Virus record (IMG/VR): IMGVR_UViG_3300027985_000918
Span: 338,384-402,383 of that record
DNA: 64,000 nt
Strand: one strand, 5' to 3'
Shown here: one piece after another, positions 54,788 to 63,738 of the stretch
How positions within the stretch are numbered: the stretch's first letter is position 1
Layout of the letters: each line of letters opens with the position of its first letter
Notes under the pieces: generated by a model
What the model saw: the letters and a program-made list of their open reading frames with translations, nothing else
The model's database searches: none
What the model was told of the DNA's origin: nothing
Translations under genes and position numbers: made by a program

Positions 54788-55978
54788 TTAGCCTCGCAGG
54801 AGGGGAACCAGGTGCTGGCGGAGTTCGGGGTGTCCGGAGGCCAGCTTACACACGTCCTGGCGGAGGATAGCCTCCATCTGGAACCCGTACTTGCGGAACC
54901 GACCGAACGTGCTCTCGTCCTCCATGATGTCGGACCAGGAGATGTCCTGGGTCTCCACACCCAACGTATCCAGCCTGTTCCGCACCGCCCGCTGAAGAGA
55001 CTGGTTTCCTTCCATGGCCTGGAAAATGACAGGCATGGCGGCCATCCAGTGCTTTTTGACTTTGACTTTTGCCGCAGCCTCTCCTTTGCTGTCCATCCCC
55101 GGAACGATGTATCCGGCAGCTTCCGCAAGCTCCTTCCCCGAGATGAACTCTCCACGATTCAGAGCCTCCCACCAAGCCTGCATGGTGGGGATGGCGGCAG
55201 TGGGAATCTTCGTGTCGATGATCTTTTTGATAGCCTGCCGGACGGCCTTCCCCAGCGGGTCGTTGGAGAAGAAAACCATGTCGAACACGTCCCTCGACAC
55301 CTGAGAGGGATCAGCCACGCCACCATGGCCGCCTTCCTCGGTCTGCCCGTGCGGTCCGGTGTCCAGAGTAATCCCCTGGATCCTCTGGTGGCGACGGAGC
55401 TTGTTGATCACGTTAAGAGCGGCCTTCTTGAGGCTCTTGCCAAGGGCCCCAGCGGCAACTTTGCCCGGGGATTCAGTACCGTCCAGGATGCCCGCCGAGA
55501 GGAATTTGCCGGCTTCCCAGAATTTGTTCTTGATCTTGCGGCGGACGACCTCCCCTTCTTCATCGACGTCGGCTCCCAGGCCAGCAACGCCGTCCTGGAC
55601 GACATCCTCCCCGGTCATGTCGGGGACCCCCGAGCGGCTGAGCCAACCGTCGAGTTGCCGGGTGAGCATCCGCACCATCCCCGTAGAGTTCGGGAGGAAC
55701 CAGTCGGGGTCCATGTCAGGGACGTACTCGGCCAGGTGGGCCTGGGCTTTCTTCAGCCCTCTCATGGGGTTCTGAGCCCAGGTGAACTCCCGGACCCCCG
55801 CTGCCCCCTCAAGGATGACCAGGCGGGCCATCACGTCGTAAAGGCCGTCCTCCGTCAGGGCCTTCTTCAGGTGGCGGTACGCCAGCCGGATGGCGGCCTG
55901 TTTCCCTCGGCTGGCAAAACGCTTATGAGAGGTTTCCCGGAGCGTAATCAGAGCCAAGAGCTTCTGGTACATGTTCAT
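54788..55978 (-). CDS. Sigma-factor-like protein carrying the C-terminal KLA..PELRQHLVPLLR motif (396 aa)
   Basis: Region-2-like EDVVQD..LKKAALNVINKLRR; HTH-like ISGKELAEAAG; tag motif at the extreme C-terminus. Confidence 0.55.
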   Translation of the reverse strand: MNMYQKLLALITLRETSHKRFASRGKQAAIRLAYRHLKKALTEDGLYDVMARLVILEGAAGVREFTWAQNPMRGLKKAQAHLAEYVPDMDPDWFLPNSTGMVRMLTRQLDGWLSRSGVPDMTGEDVVQDGVAGLGADVDEEGEVVRRKIKNKFWEAGKFLSAGILDGTESPGKVAAGALGKSLKKAALNVINKLRRHQRIQGITLDTGPHGQTEEGGHGGVADPSQVSRDVFDMVFFSNDPLGKAVRQAIKKIIDTKIPTAAIPTMQAWWEALNRGEFISGKELAEAAGYIVPGMDSKGEAAAKVKVKKHWMAAMPVIFQAMEGNQSLQRAVRNRLDTLGVETQDISWSDIMEDESTFGRFRKYGFQMEAILRQDVCKLASGHPELRQHLVPLLRG

Positions 55979-56081
55979 GCTATGATCCTCATTGGAGCCG
56001 GGAACCCCCCGGGCCTGTTCCTGTTGAAGGTGGGGTATAGGAACCCTACCGATCTCATCCCCATGTCGGACCTTCTGGTGC

Positions 56082-56109
56082 TTGACTTCCTAAGCCAACT
56101 TGGTATGGT
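56082..56109 (+). promoter_or_regulatory. Host sigma70-type promoter for the only plus-strand gene
   Basis: TTGACT (56082-87), 16-nt spacer containing extended -10 TG (56101-02), TATGGT (56104-09). Confidence 0.6.
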
Positions 56110-56208
56110 TGTCCAGTCGGGGAGCGACCCAGACCCACTCGGAACGAGATTTCGTCTACCGTCGCTGCCCGGAATTTTTCCAAGGCCACAGGCCAAGGAG
56201 GATGCCGC

Positions 56209-57732
56209 ATGTCGGTTCCGCAGCAGCCCGGGAATTTCGCCCGGGGGGAGCTTCACCAAGCTCTCTTCGCCCACTTCGCCAAGTCCCCCATTAACACGCC
56301 GCACGATGCCAGACAGGTTCTCGACCAGGTGATGATCGATCTGGGAAGGGACGATGACCGTAGTCGCAAAGCCATCCGGAAAAGTTTCTACAAGATGGTG
56401 GATGGCGGCTACATGCGTCAGACTGGCCGGGGTTCCTGGGCGTTGACCGAGTCGGGGATGGAGGTGTTCATCTCCAAGTCCAATGGACAGAAACCAGCCC
56501 CCAAAAAGAACATCGACGCTTCACCTCTCCCCAAGCCGAAGCCCCCGACCCCCGAGCAGAGTTACGCCGCCCAGCTCGCCAACAACGTAGGTACGTTGGC
56601 GATGAGGGATGATTTGTCTTTCACGATGCGGACTCGTACCCTCGACGAGCTGAACCGGGACATCATCGACACGTCGATGCAGGTGGACAAGGTGGAGAAA
56701 GCCACAGAGGCCGCACTGGAGCAGATTCGGGAGACCCGCCGAATGGTCGAAAAGCTGAAGATGGACCGGGCCATCTCTGAAGCTCGGGCCACAAAGGAGA
56801 GAGTCCAGAAGCGCCTCGCCCAGGTGTTGGACACCCAACAGAAGGTGTACGCTGAGCTGGCTTCTCTCCGGGCCGAGGTCAACGCTTTCCAGACTGAGAC
56901 TCCTAGCATGGATAATGCTGTCGTTGTCCCTGAGAGCAACGACGGGGACGACGGGGACGAGGGGGACGAGGGGGACGAGGGGGACGACGACCCGGACCTA
57001 TCGGGGCCGGACGATCACCGTCGTTCGGCCCCTGACAAGAACTACACCTCTGAGTGGTTGAGCACTCACCTTCGCCCCACGGGGCGAAGCGGCGAATCAA
57101 AATTGATGCGGGCCATGAAGGCTGCCGTCCGCTCGAAATGTCCGATCTCCGCTCAGTCTGATAAAGTGGAGGACCACATCCAGGAGTTCCTGTTGAAGCT
57201 GGTTCGTCGGGACGGCCTCCGTAAGAAGATCTTGGCAGGCGACAAGATCACCTACAGCCATCTGGCCTCCTACGCCGTCCGTAGCGCCTGGACGGACGCC
57301 CGGAACGCCGGCACAGAGCCGGTGGAGCGGGAGATGTACGGTGCCCGGACGGAGAGGGAGCGGAGAGAATGGGGGGACACCCCCCTCCCAGAACTCCCTC
57401 AGACAAAGCCAGACTCCCGACTCATTTGGGGAGGGGAGGAAGATGGAAACTCCGCCATCGTCGGCGTCGTCGACGCCGCCAACCCTCCTGACGTTTTGTT
57501 CCAGCAGCGGAAAGACTTCGAGGTTATGTGGTCTCGTATCGAGACCGTCATGCGGTCTCAGAAACCCCAAGCGTGGGAGCGGTACTCCGGAATCTTGCGG
57601 ATGAAGTACCAAGGGCTTTCGACAGACGACATTGCCGAGAAAGAGAACGTCTCTACCCACCGGGCGGCATCCCTGATCCAGGAAGCCAAGTCTGCCATTC
57701 GTGCGGTGGGGTTCGAGAGTCTTATGGCTTAG
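56209..57732 (+). CDS. ECF-like sigma factor fused to N-terminal winged-HTH, coiled coil and acidic linker (507 aa)
   Basis: AAGGAGG RBS; wHTH-like FYKMVDGGY..TGRGSWALTESG; sigma2 VEDHIQEFLLKL..LASYAVRSAWTDAR; sigma4 ILRMKYQGLSTDDIAEKENVS..SLIQEAKSAIR. Confidence 0.75.
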   Translation: MSVPQQPGNFARGELHQALFAHFAKSPINTPHDARQVLDQVMIDLGRDDDRSRKAIRKSFYKMVDGGYMRQTGRGSWALTESGMEVFISKSNGQKPAPKKNIDASPLPKPKPPTPEQSYAAQLANNVGTLAMRDDLSFTMRTRTLDELNRDIIDTSMQVDKVEKATEAALEQIRETRRMVEKLKMDRAISEARATKERVQKRLAQVLDTQQKVYAELASLRAEVNAFQTETPSMDNAVVVPESNDGDDGDEGDEGDEGDDDPDLSGPDDHRRSAPDKNYTSEWLSTHLRPTGRSGESKLMRAMKAAVRSKCPISAQSDKVEDHIQEFLLKLVRRDGLRKKILAGDKITYSHLASYAVRSAWTDARNAGTEPVEREMYGARTERERREWGDTPLPELPQTKPDSRLIWGGEEDGNSAIVGVVDAANPPDVLFQQRKDFEVMWSRIETVMRSQKPQAWERYSGILRMKYQGLSTDDIAEKENVSTHRAASLIQEAKSAIRAVGFESLMA

Positions 57733-57787
57733 GTTGGACGTCTGGCTCCCAGGGGGTTCTAGGGCACATTCTCGTGCCACCGCCTGC

Positions 57788-58309
57788 TTAGAAAAAATCT
57801 CCGGGGGCAGTACGGTAGAACCAGTCGAGGATAACCCTCGACTCGTTAGGGGTCAGTCGGCGGCGGGTATTGACTAGCTTGTTGATCTCCCGAGGAAAAT
57901 TCCCCCCGTCTACCTCCCAGTCCATGACGAACATGTTGGCCCTGGCGAGGTCCTTCTGCTCATTGGGGGTTAGGGGTTTCTCCGTTGCCTGCCGCAACGG
58001 TTCCCGAGAGAAAGTTCGAGCAACGGGGTCTTCTTCGTAGAGGGCCATGAGGTCGAAGGATCCTCCTTCGGGAAGTTTCATCTCCAGAGCGGCCATCCGG
58101 CGGACGAACGCCCGCATGATGTCCTCGATCTCCGCCAGCTCGTACCCCTCGGTGAGTAGCAGGTTGACGAACCTCTGTTTGTTGGCGTTGATGACATTGG
58201 ATCTGAGTCCCTGACCACTTAGGGAGTGGATGTATGCTTCCCACTCTCCCAATGTCTTGGGGGGCGCCAGCTCTGCGTACATGGATTCGAGTTCGGCCAT
58301 CTTGCCCAT
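57788..58309 (-). CDS. Hypothetical protein (173 aa)
   Basis: GGAGTG RBS, operonic. Confidence 0.55.
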   Translation of the reverse strand: MGKMAELESMYAELAPPKTLGEWEAYIHSLSGQGLRSNVINANKQRFVNLLLTEGYELAEIEDIMRAFVRRMAALEMKLPEGGSFDLMALYEEDPVARTFSREPLRQATEKPLTPNEQKDLARANMFVMDWEVDGGNFPREINKLVNTRRRLTPNESRVILDWFYRTAPGDFF

Positions 58310-58312
58310 AGG

Positions 58313-58654
58313 TCACTCCGTAGCCAGCATGGCTCCCAGCACGTCGAGGGGGCCTTTCCCTACCCAGGTACCTGGTTCGAGCCGGAGGGCCCCCAGGATG
58401 TAGTTCCCGCCCCCAAACAGGATGTCACAGTTTTCCCGGGAGTCGGCCTCGTCAGTCTCTCGGAACCAACACCACAGCTCCATCCCACGACTGCCCCGGC
58501 GGAAGGCGATGGCCGACTTCTTGGATCCGCTGTAGCGTTGGACTAGGTCCTCCATGATGCTGTAGTACTGATCCATCGACTCAGAGAGTCTCTTCTGGGC
58601 AAGACCTCCCCGAGCTACCTTCCAGATAGCCTTCATCCTCTCGACGTTGCTCAT
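58313..58654 (-). CDS. Hypothetical protein (113 aa)
   Basis: Start refined to 58654, 1 nt after the helicase stop, GAGG RBS. Confidence 0.55.
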   Translation of the reverse strand: MSNVERMKAIWKVARGGLAQKRLSESMDQYYSIMEDLVQRYSGSKKSAIAFRRGSRGMELWCWFRETDEADSRENCDILFGGGNYILGALRLEPGTWVGKGPLDVLGAMLATE

Positions 58655-58655
58655 G

Positions 58656-61600
58656 TCAAGTCCTCGGCGGTTTGCTACGTCCAACGTAGGGGCTTGCCAT
58701 CAACTCCATCACCTCACGGTCCAACCGCACGTTTCCGGCGTCCCTCTTGGTGATCTCGTCCCACTCCAGCCCCAGGTTCTTGGCCTGTGCGTCTTTGATG
58801 ATACGGTCGAACAGGTCTGACTCCATCGACTGGAACCAGCGGCGGATTTCATCGAGGGTGGCATCGAATTCGTCCAGGTTCTCCGGGTCGTGGGAGAACG
58901 TGGCGTCGATGGTCACCTCATCCACGGGTTGCTCCTGCCCCTGACGCCAGGACCGGGCGGTCCTTTGCTTCATGTTCTCCGAGCTGAACGTGTCCCGGTC
59001 GAGGTGGATGACCGTGTCGAACGACTGGAGATTGTGCCCGAATTGGTATGTCTGCCCCAGCAGAGTACATGTCTTGATCCTGCTGTTGGGACTCACGACC
59101 TCCTTGAGCACGAACTGCTGCCAGCGGTCCGCTTTGTAGTGTACGTTGTAGAGACGGTGCGCCGGCAGTTCAGGCCAGCGCCGATATGCCTTGGCCTTGA
59201 ACGGTAGCGGGATGCGGGCCTTGCCCCCTTGGAGATTAGACAGGGCCGCACGGGCTTTGTCCTCGTCCCCCCGGAAGATGCGGACCACCTCTCGGGGGTC
59301 CACGTCAAAGGCGACCTCGTGGACCTCCCCGCCAGAGCTGTAGATGTTGATGGAGTCGTTTAGGGCGACGACATGCCAACCCGGGATAGTCTTCGCCAGA
59401 TGCTCTCCCGCCATCCGGCAGAGCTTCTTGTCATCTGCGAACACCAGCGCCCGGCTCGCCCCCTCGGCAGCTTCCAGCTTATCCGAGATGGTTTTGGTCA
59501 TGGCCTCCAGCTTAGGGTTCCCCAGGCGGTCCCCGATGCCCCGCAGGTCCTCCGGGGTGTACTTCTCCCCCCACGCCTTCAGCACCCTCCAGAGAGCCCT
59601 TGGGACAGGTTTTCCGTCAGGGGTCTCCCGAGTCTCCAACATGTGGGCCACGTCCTGCATAGCGTCTCGGGGATAGTTGGACAGGCCGTTCAGGAGCTTC
59701 AAAATCGGCCGGAACTGAAGCCCAAAGGCCCGTTCGATCTCCGGGTCTCTTGCCTCAGGGATGACTTTGCCGTCCGGGGCAAAGCCTCGGTCACGGAACT
59801 TCGCTACCAGTCCCCTCATGAGACGGGGCATCGTGGAGGTCACGTCCCGGTAGATGGACTCTACAGCGGAATCCATCTCCACAGCCAGGGTTTCCGGGCG
59901 CAGTGCGGGCAGCTCGAACTCTTCGACGTCGGTTTTGTCAGCGTAGAAGACGTTGCTCTTCACCCAGGTGTCCAGGTCATTTTTGACCAGGGGGTCCTCT
60001 TTGACGCCGACCACCCGGCCGCCCACCCGATCGGTAAATCGCTCCATGAACCGTCGCATCTCTACCCGGTTCCGCTTGGCTCCCTCGGACTTGGACGACA
60101 GGTCGATGTTGTTAGCGATGGCTGCCAACAGATACGCCTGCTCGGGCTCCCGCTCCATCGGAGAAGCGGAGAGCAGGATCTTTCTTGGGTGGAAGATGCC
60201 GTTGGCAGATTTGAACTTGGAAGAACTGGGGCTCGCCAGCTCCTGGGCCTCATCGAAAAAGATGGCGGTGTAGAGTTGGATGTCCCAGACCTTGCCCTCA
60301 GCACCCTGCTTCGGGCTCATTCCCCGCTCACGGCTCTTCCAGTACCCCACAGCTTTGAGAGACCGTGGGATGGTCCCTGAGGCTGCGGACCGACTGAACT
60401 CACTGTACGAGATGATGTCCACGACATCCAGGAGACTGGTCGAGGCGTCCCTCTCCAGAAACCCTCGGATCTCCTTGGGCAAGTTTCCCTTGAGGGAACC
60501 GGGGGACACGAACAGAAACCGTCCGTTGGTCTGGATGTTTTTGCCAGTGCTGGGGTCTCTATATGTAGCACCAATTTCCCCGAGTCCGTCCCGGGTGAGT
60601 TTTTGCATCATGCCGATAGCAGTGAGGGTGTTGTGATTAATCACCCCGTTGCCCACGAAACAGTGAGAGGGGTGATCTACTTCGATGTCCATCACGACTG
60701 CCACGGAGTCCTCGCAGACCTCGATGGGGTCGTAGAAGAACCGGCGGTCCACCACATGTGAGATGGCCTTGAAGCTGGGGTGGTCATGGCAACAGAGCGC
60801 CGCTGCTTTGCCGAGCATGCCGGACAGGAATGAGTAGGTGGGGTTCCGGCGGCCCCGTCGTACATGGTTCACCGTGTTGTAGAACGCTGGTCCATGCTGT
60901 CGCCGGAACCCGCTGACGTTAGTGTCCCCTTGGATCAGCATCTCATCGAAAAGCCGGCCAACCTCCACGGCAAGGTGGGGCACTGTGTCGAGATTGGAGT
61001 TCCGGCTCGAAGGTGTATTAACGAAAGCTGCCTGTTTCCGCTCGGACACGAACCCGATCTCCTGCCAGTACCGGACGGCATCCTCCCCTGTGATAGTCAC
61101 TCGCCAGTACGTGTGATCGAAACCTTTCACCTTCTTGGGGTGACGACTGCACAGGACGTTGAATCGGAGCAGGAGAACCTGAAGCTCCCGACCCAACTGC
61201 TCAGAAGCGGTCGTGAACTCGATGTTGGCACGAGATCCCTGAACATGGCCCTCAGCATCCACCAGCCCACGAATGAACTGGCGCATCGTCTCTTTGGTGG
61301 AACGTAGGATGATTTCTGGTACAGCCTTGTCCTTGGCGACCCCCATGCCGACCCCCATGCGAAGCAGGTACTCCCGCAGGAATCGACTCATCACCACGAT
61401 GTCCTTGTCGGGCTGGGTTTCCAAGCCCAGCAGGCGATGCAGCAGAGCTTCGATGTCTGCTCGGACCTCGGGGTTTTTCTCCGGGCACTGGCTGATTGAG
61501 AACAGCTTGTGATGGTTCGTCCATCCCTCGGCCACGATGTACCCGAGAAGCCGCCCCATCTCAGGAGACATCCGGTCAGGTACCGGGAAAATGTTCACGT

Positions 61601-63728
61601 TGCCGTTCTGGAACGTGATGTCAGGGTTCCGGCTTGGCTGCTGGAAGTCTTCCGCTACGGGAACCGAGAGAGCCGGGTCTTCCAACGGGAACGGGACGGG
61701 ATTGCGTTCGACACACAGGTAGTCCCCGGCCTCAAGTTCCGGGGTTTTCACCCACGTCTCGTTGCCATCCGGGGTACGAACCAGTAGCGGGTGGATGAGA
61801 GAGCCTTCCACCTCGTATCCACGACGAGTCCGCACCTTCAATGTGGGCTTGGGGCCACCATAGTAGAAGTTCTTGACGGGGAGCGCTTCGCCATTGACCA
61901 GCACGGACCAGCCCTCAACGGGAGCCACGCTGTTGGGTTCGGTCAGGCCGGGGTTCATGTCACGGATGGGTGTGAGGCCCTTGTCAGTAACGATGAGGGT
62001 GTCCTCCCGAACGCATTTGCCCACACCAGTGTCTAGGGCACACACCCCATTGTTCCCTCGGGCATCCATCCAAGCTAGAGCCTGCTTCTGCTTGGTCAAC
62101 AGGTCGAATTTTTTGGTCTCGTCGGTGTCCCGGTTCTTCCAGGTTGTCTTGAACCCACCCAGGTTCTCGGCGGCGTAGAACCTCAGGTTCTCTTCAGCCG
62201 TGGCCTGTTCTGCTCTGGCGAGATCCTTGAAGTACGTCTTCACCACATCCAGGGCACCCTTCGAGAGGGACATCCCCTTCAGGCTCTCCTTGATGACGGA
62301 GAAGTCCTTGGGATCGAAGTAGAAGGCGGCAGCCTTGGAACCTTCGACTTTGTGGTAGGTGATGGAGGGAATGCAGCCCCGCTTCGCCCCTGTGTTGCAG
62401 GCCATCGCTTTGATGGCGTTCCTTAGCTCAGCGTACTGGCGGGTTCCCGGGATTTTGAGGAAGAGCTTCTGCTCCTTCTCCACGAATTTCCGGTTGCCGA
62501 TTTTCTTCTCCACGTCCACTTCGGCCGTGGTCACATAGGGTTCCCGGTCTCCAGGATCGATGCGGACGGGGACTTTGCGCTCTCGGCCGTTCTTGGCTTC
62601 GTAGGCATAGGCTGTACCCTCGATGAGCCTCCCCTGGCTATTGACCATGTCGTCGAGGAACACGCCCTTGTAACGCCCAGACACGATGACCTTGACGTGA
62701 TCGATTCGGATCTGTCCCGTCTCCGGGTCCGAGATCATCATCGGATACTTCTTCGTGGCGAAGATCTTGGTAAGGCGACCCTGCTTGGCCTTGTCATCGG
62801 TGAGGGAGTCCCACTCGATGTTGCCTTCAAGTCGGTCCAGCTTCTCGTCGGGGACAGATCGCAAATCTTCGGGAGGGACCTCCGTGCGTGTCGGGACCCT
62901 CCCCAACCTCTCCCGAAACTGCTCCTGTTCCCGCCGTTTGTCCTTATACTCGTCGAATGTGAGGATCTGGCCATCACGGTCGAAGATGACCTTTTCCCCC
63001 GTTTTCGGGTCCTCGCCGATGCTGACGGGCCGCCCCATGACAAAGGACCGACCGGGGATCATCCCCGAAGAAGCGATCTGCTCCTGGATGCCCGCATCGA
63101 TCTCCTGGAGAGCCTGCCCTTTCTGGAGCATGAGCGCATAGCTCTCGGGGTCATCGTCTTTAAGCTGCTCGATGGCCTCCTGCTTGGGAGACATCTTGCG
63201 GAACAGAACCCAACGCTCCTGCCCCCGCTGCTGCGGGCGCATGTAGATACCCTTGTCCCTCGTGATGGCTTCGATGAGGGGAATCATCACGTTGTTGATT
63301 TGGGCCCATGTCGTTGGGTTGTCGGTCCGACCTTGCTCCAGACGCCCCAAGAGAGAGTTGAGCATAGAGCGAGCTTCGGCGATCTGATTGACTACAGCCG
63401 GGCTGAGGAGTCGTTGGTCCACGGGGGACTTCACCCGAATCAGGAGATTTGCCGCCCGCTTGAACTGTTGCCGGAGGTCATCCGGCACCGGCTCCCCCAG
63501 GGAGATCCGCTTGAGCAAGATGTAGAAACGGAAGAACTCCAATCCCCTGACCGTGAATGCCCGTCGAAGTTGAGTCCAGATCGCAGGCGGCAGGTAGTTT
63601 TCCGCCTGCGCTAGCTCTTTCTTGCGGGCCTTCGCCTCGGTGGGGGTCAGCTTGACGGTATCGGGCAAACCCCCACTCCAGGACTCAGCAACCCGTCGAA
63701 TAGCCCCCTCGGTGATCATGCCGGTCAT
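58656..63728 (-). CDS. SF2 (SNF2-like) helicase/translocase with long N-terminal extension and an intein (1690 aa precursor)
   Basis: Walker A LDTGVGK|T (split by intein), IFFDEAQ, LSASPM, VFADD, GHNLQ, QRTARSWRQGQ. Confidence 0.85.
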   Translation of the reverse strand: MTGMITEGAIRRVAESWSGGLPDTVKLTPTEAKARKKELAQAENYLPPAIWTQLRRAFTVRGLEFFRFYILLKRISLGEPVPDDLRQQFKRAANLLIRVKSPVDQRLLSPAVVNQIAEARSMLNSLLGRLEQGRTDNPTTWAQINNVMIPLIEAITRDKGIYMRPQQRGQERWVLFRKMSPKQEAIEQLKDDDPESYALMLQKGQALQEIDAGIQEQIASSGMIPGRSFVMGRPVSIGEDPKTGEKVIFDRDGQILTFDEYKDKRREQEQFRERLGRVPTRTEVPPEDLRSVPDEKLDRLEGNIEWDSLTDDKAKQGRLTKIFATKKYPMMISDPETGQIRIDHVKVIVSGRYKGVFLDDMVNSQGRLIEGTAYAYEAKNGRERKVPVRIDPGDREPYVTTAEVDVEKKIGNRKFVEKEQKLFLKIPGTRQYAELRNAIKAMACNTGAKRGCIPSITYHKVEGSKAAAFYFDPKDFSVIKESLKGMSLSKGALDVVKTYFKDLARAEQATAEENLRFYAAENLGGFKTTWKNRDTDETKKFDLLTKQKQALAWMDARGNNGVCALDTGVGKCVREDTLIVTDKGLTPIRDMNPGLTEPNSVAPVEGWSVLVNGEALPVKNFYYGGPKPTLKVRTRRGYEVEGSLIHPLLVRTPDGNETWVKTPELEAGDYLCVERNPVPFPLEDPALSVPVAEDFQQPSRNPDITFQNGNVNIFPVPDRMSPEMGRLLGYIVAEGWTNHHKLFSISQCPEKNPEVRADIEALLHRLLGLETQPDKDIVVMSRFLREYLLRMGVGMGVAKDKAVPEIILRSTKETMRQFIRGLVDAEGHVQGSRANIEFTTASEQLGRELQVLLLRFNVLCSRHPKKVKGFDHTYWRVTITGEDAVRYWQEIGFVSERKQAAFVNTPSSRNSNLDTVPHLAVEVGRLFDEMLIQGDTNVSGFRRQHGPAFYNTVNHVRRGRRNPTYSFLSGMLGKAAALCCHDHPSFKAISHVVDRRFFYDPIEVCEDSVAVVMDIEVDHPSHCFVGNGVINHNTLTAIGMMQKLTRDGLGEIGATYRDPSTGKNIQTNGRFLFVSPGSLKGNLPKEIRGFLERDASTSLLDVVDIISYSEFSRSAASGTIPRSLKAVGYWKSRERGMSPKQGAEGKVWDIQLYTAIFFDEAQELASPSSSKFKSANGIFHPRKILLSASPMEREPEQAYLLAAIANNIDLSSKSEGAKRNRVEMRRFMERFTDRVGGRVVGVKEDPLVKNDLDTWVKSNVFYADKTDVEEFELPALRPETLAVEMDSAVESIYRDVTSTMPRLMRGLVAKFRDRGFAPDGKVIPEARDPEIERAFGLQFRPILKLLNGLSNYPRDAMQDVAHMLETRETPDGKPVPRALWRVLKAWGEKYTPEDLRGIGDRLGNPKLEAMTKTISDKLEAAEGASRALVFADDKKLCRMAGEHLAKTIPGWHVVALNDSINIYSSGGEVHEVAFDVDPREVVRIFRGDEDKARAALSNLQGGKARIPLPFKAKAYRRWPELPAHRLYNVHYKADRWQQFVLKEVVSPNSRIKTCTLLGQTYQFGHNLQSFDTVIHLDRDTFSSENMKQRTARSWRQGQEQPVDEVTIDATFSHDPENLDEFDATLDEIRRWFQSMESDLFDRIIKDAQAKNLGLEWDEITKRDAGNVRLDREVMELMASPYVGRSKPPRT
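60630..62015 (-). mobile_element. Intein in helicase P-loop (462 aa) with LAGLIDADG homing endonuclease
   Basis: Starts CVREDT after GVGK, block B IH, ends VINHN before Thr; LGYIVAEG and RGLVDAEG motifs. Confidence 0.93.
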
Positions 63729-63738
63729 CTCACCCCCC

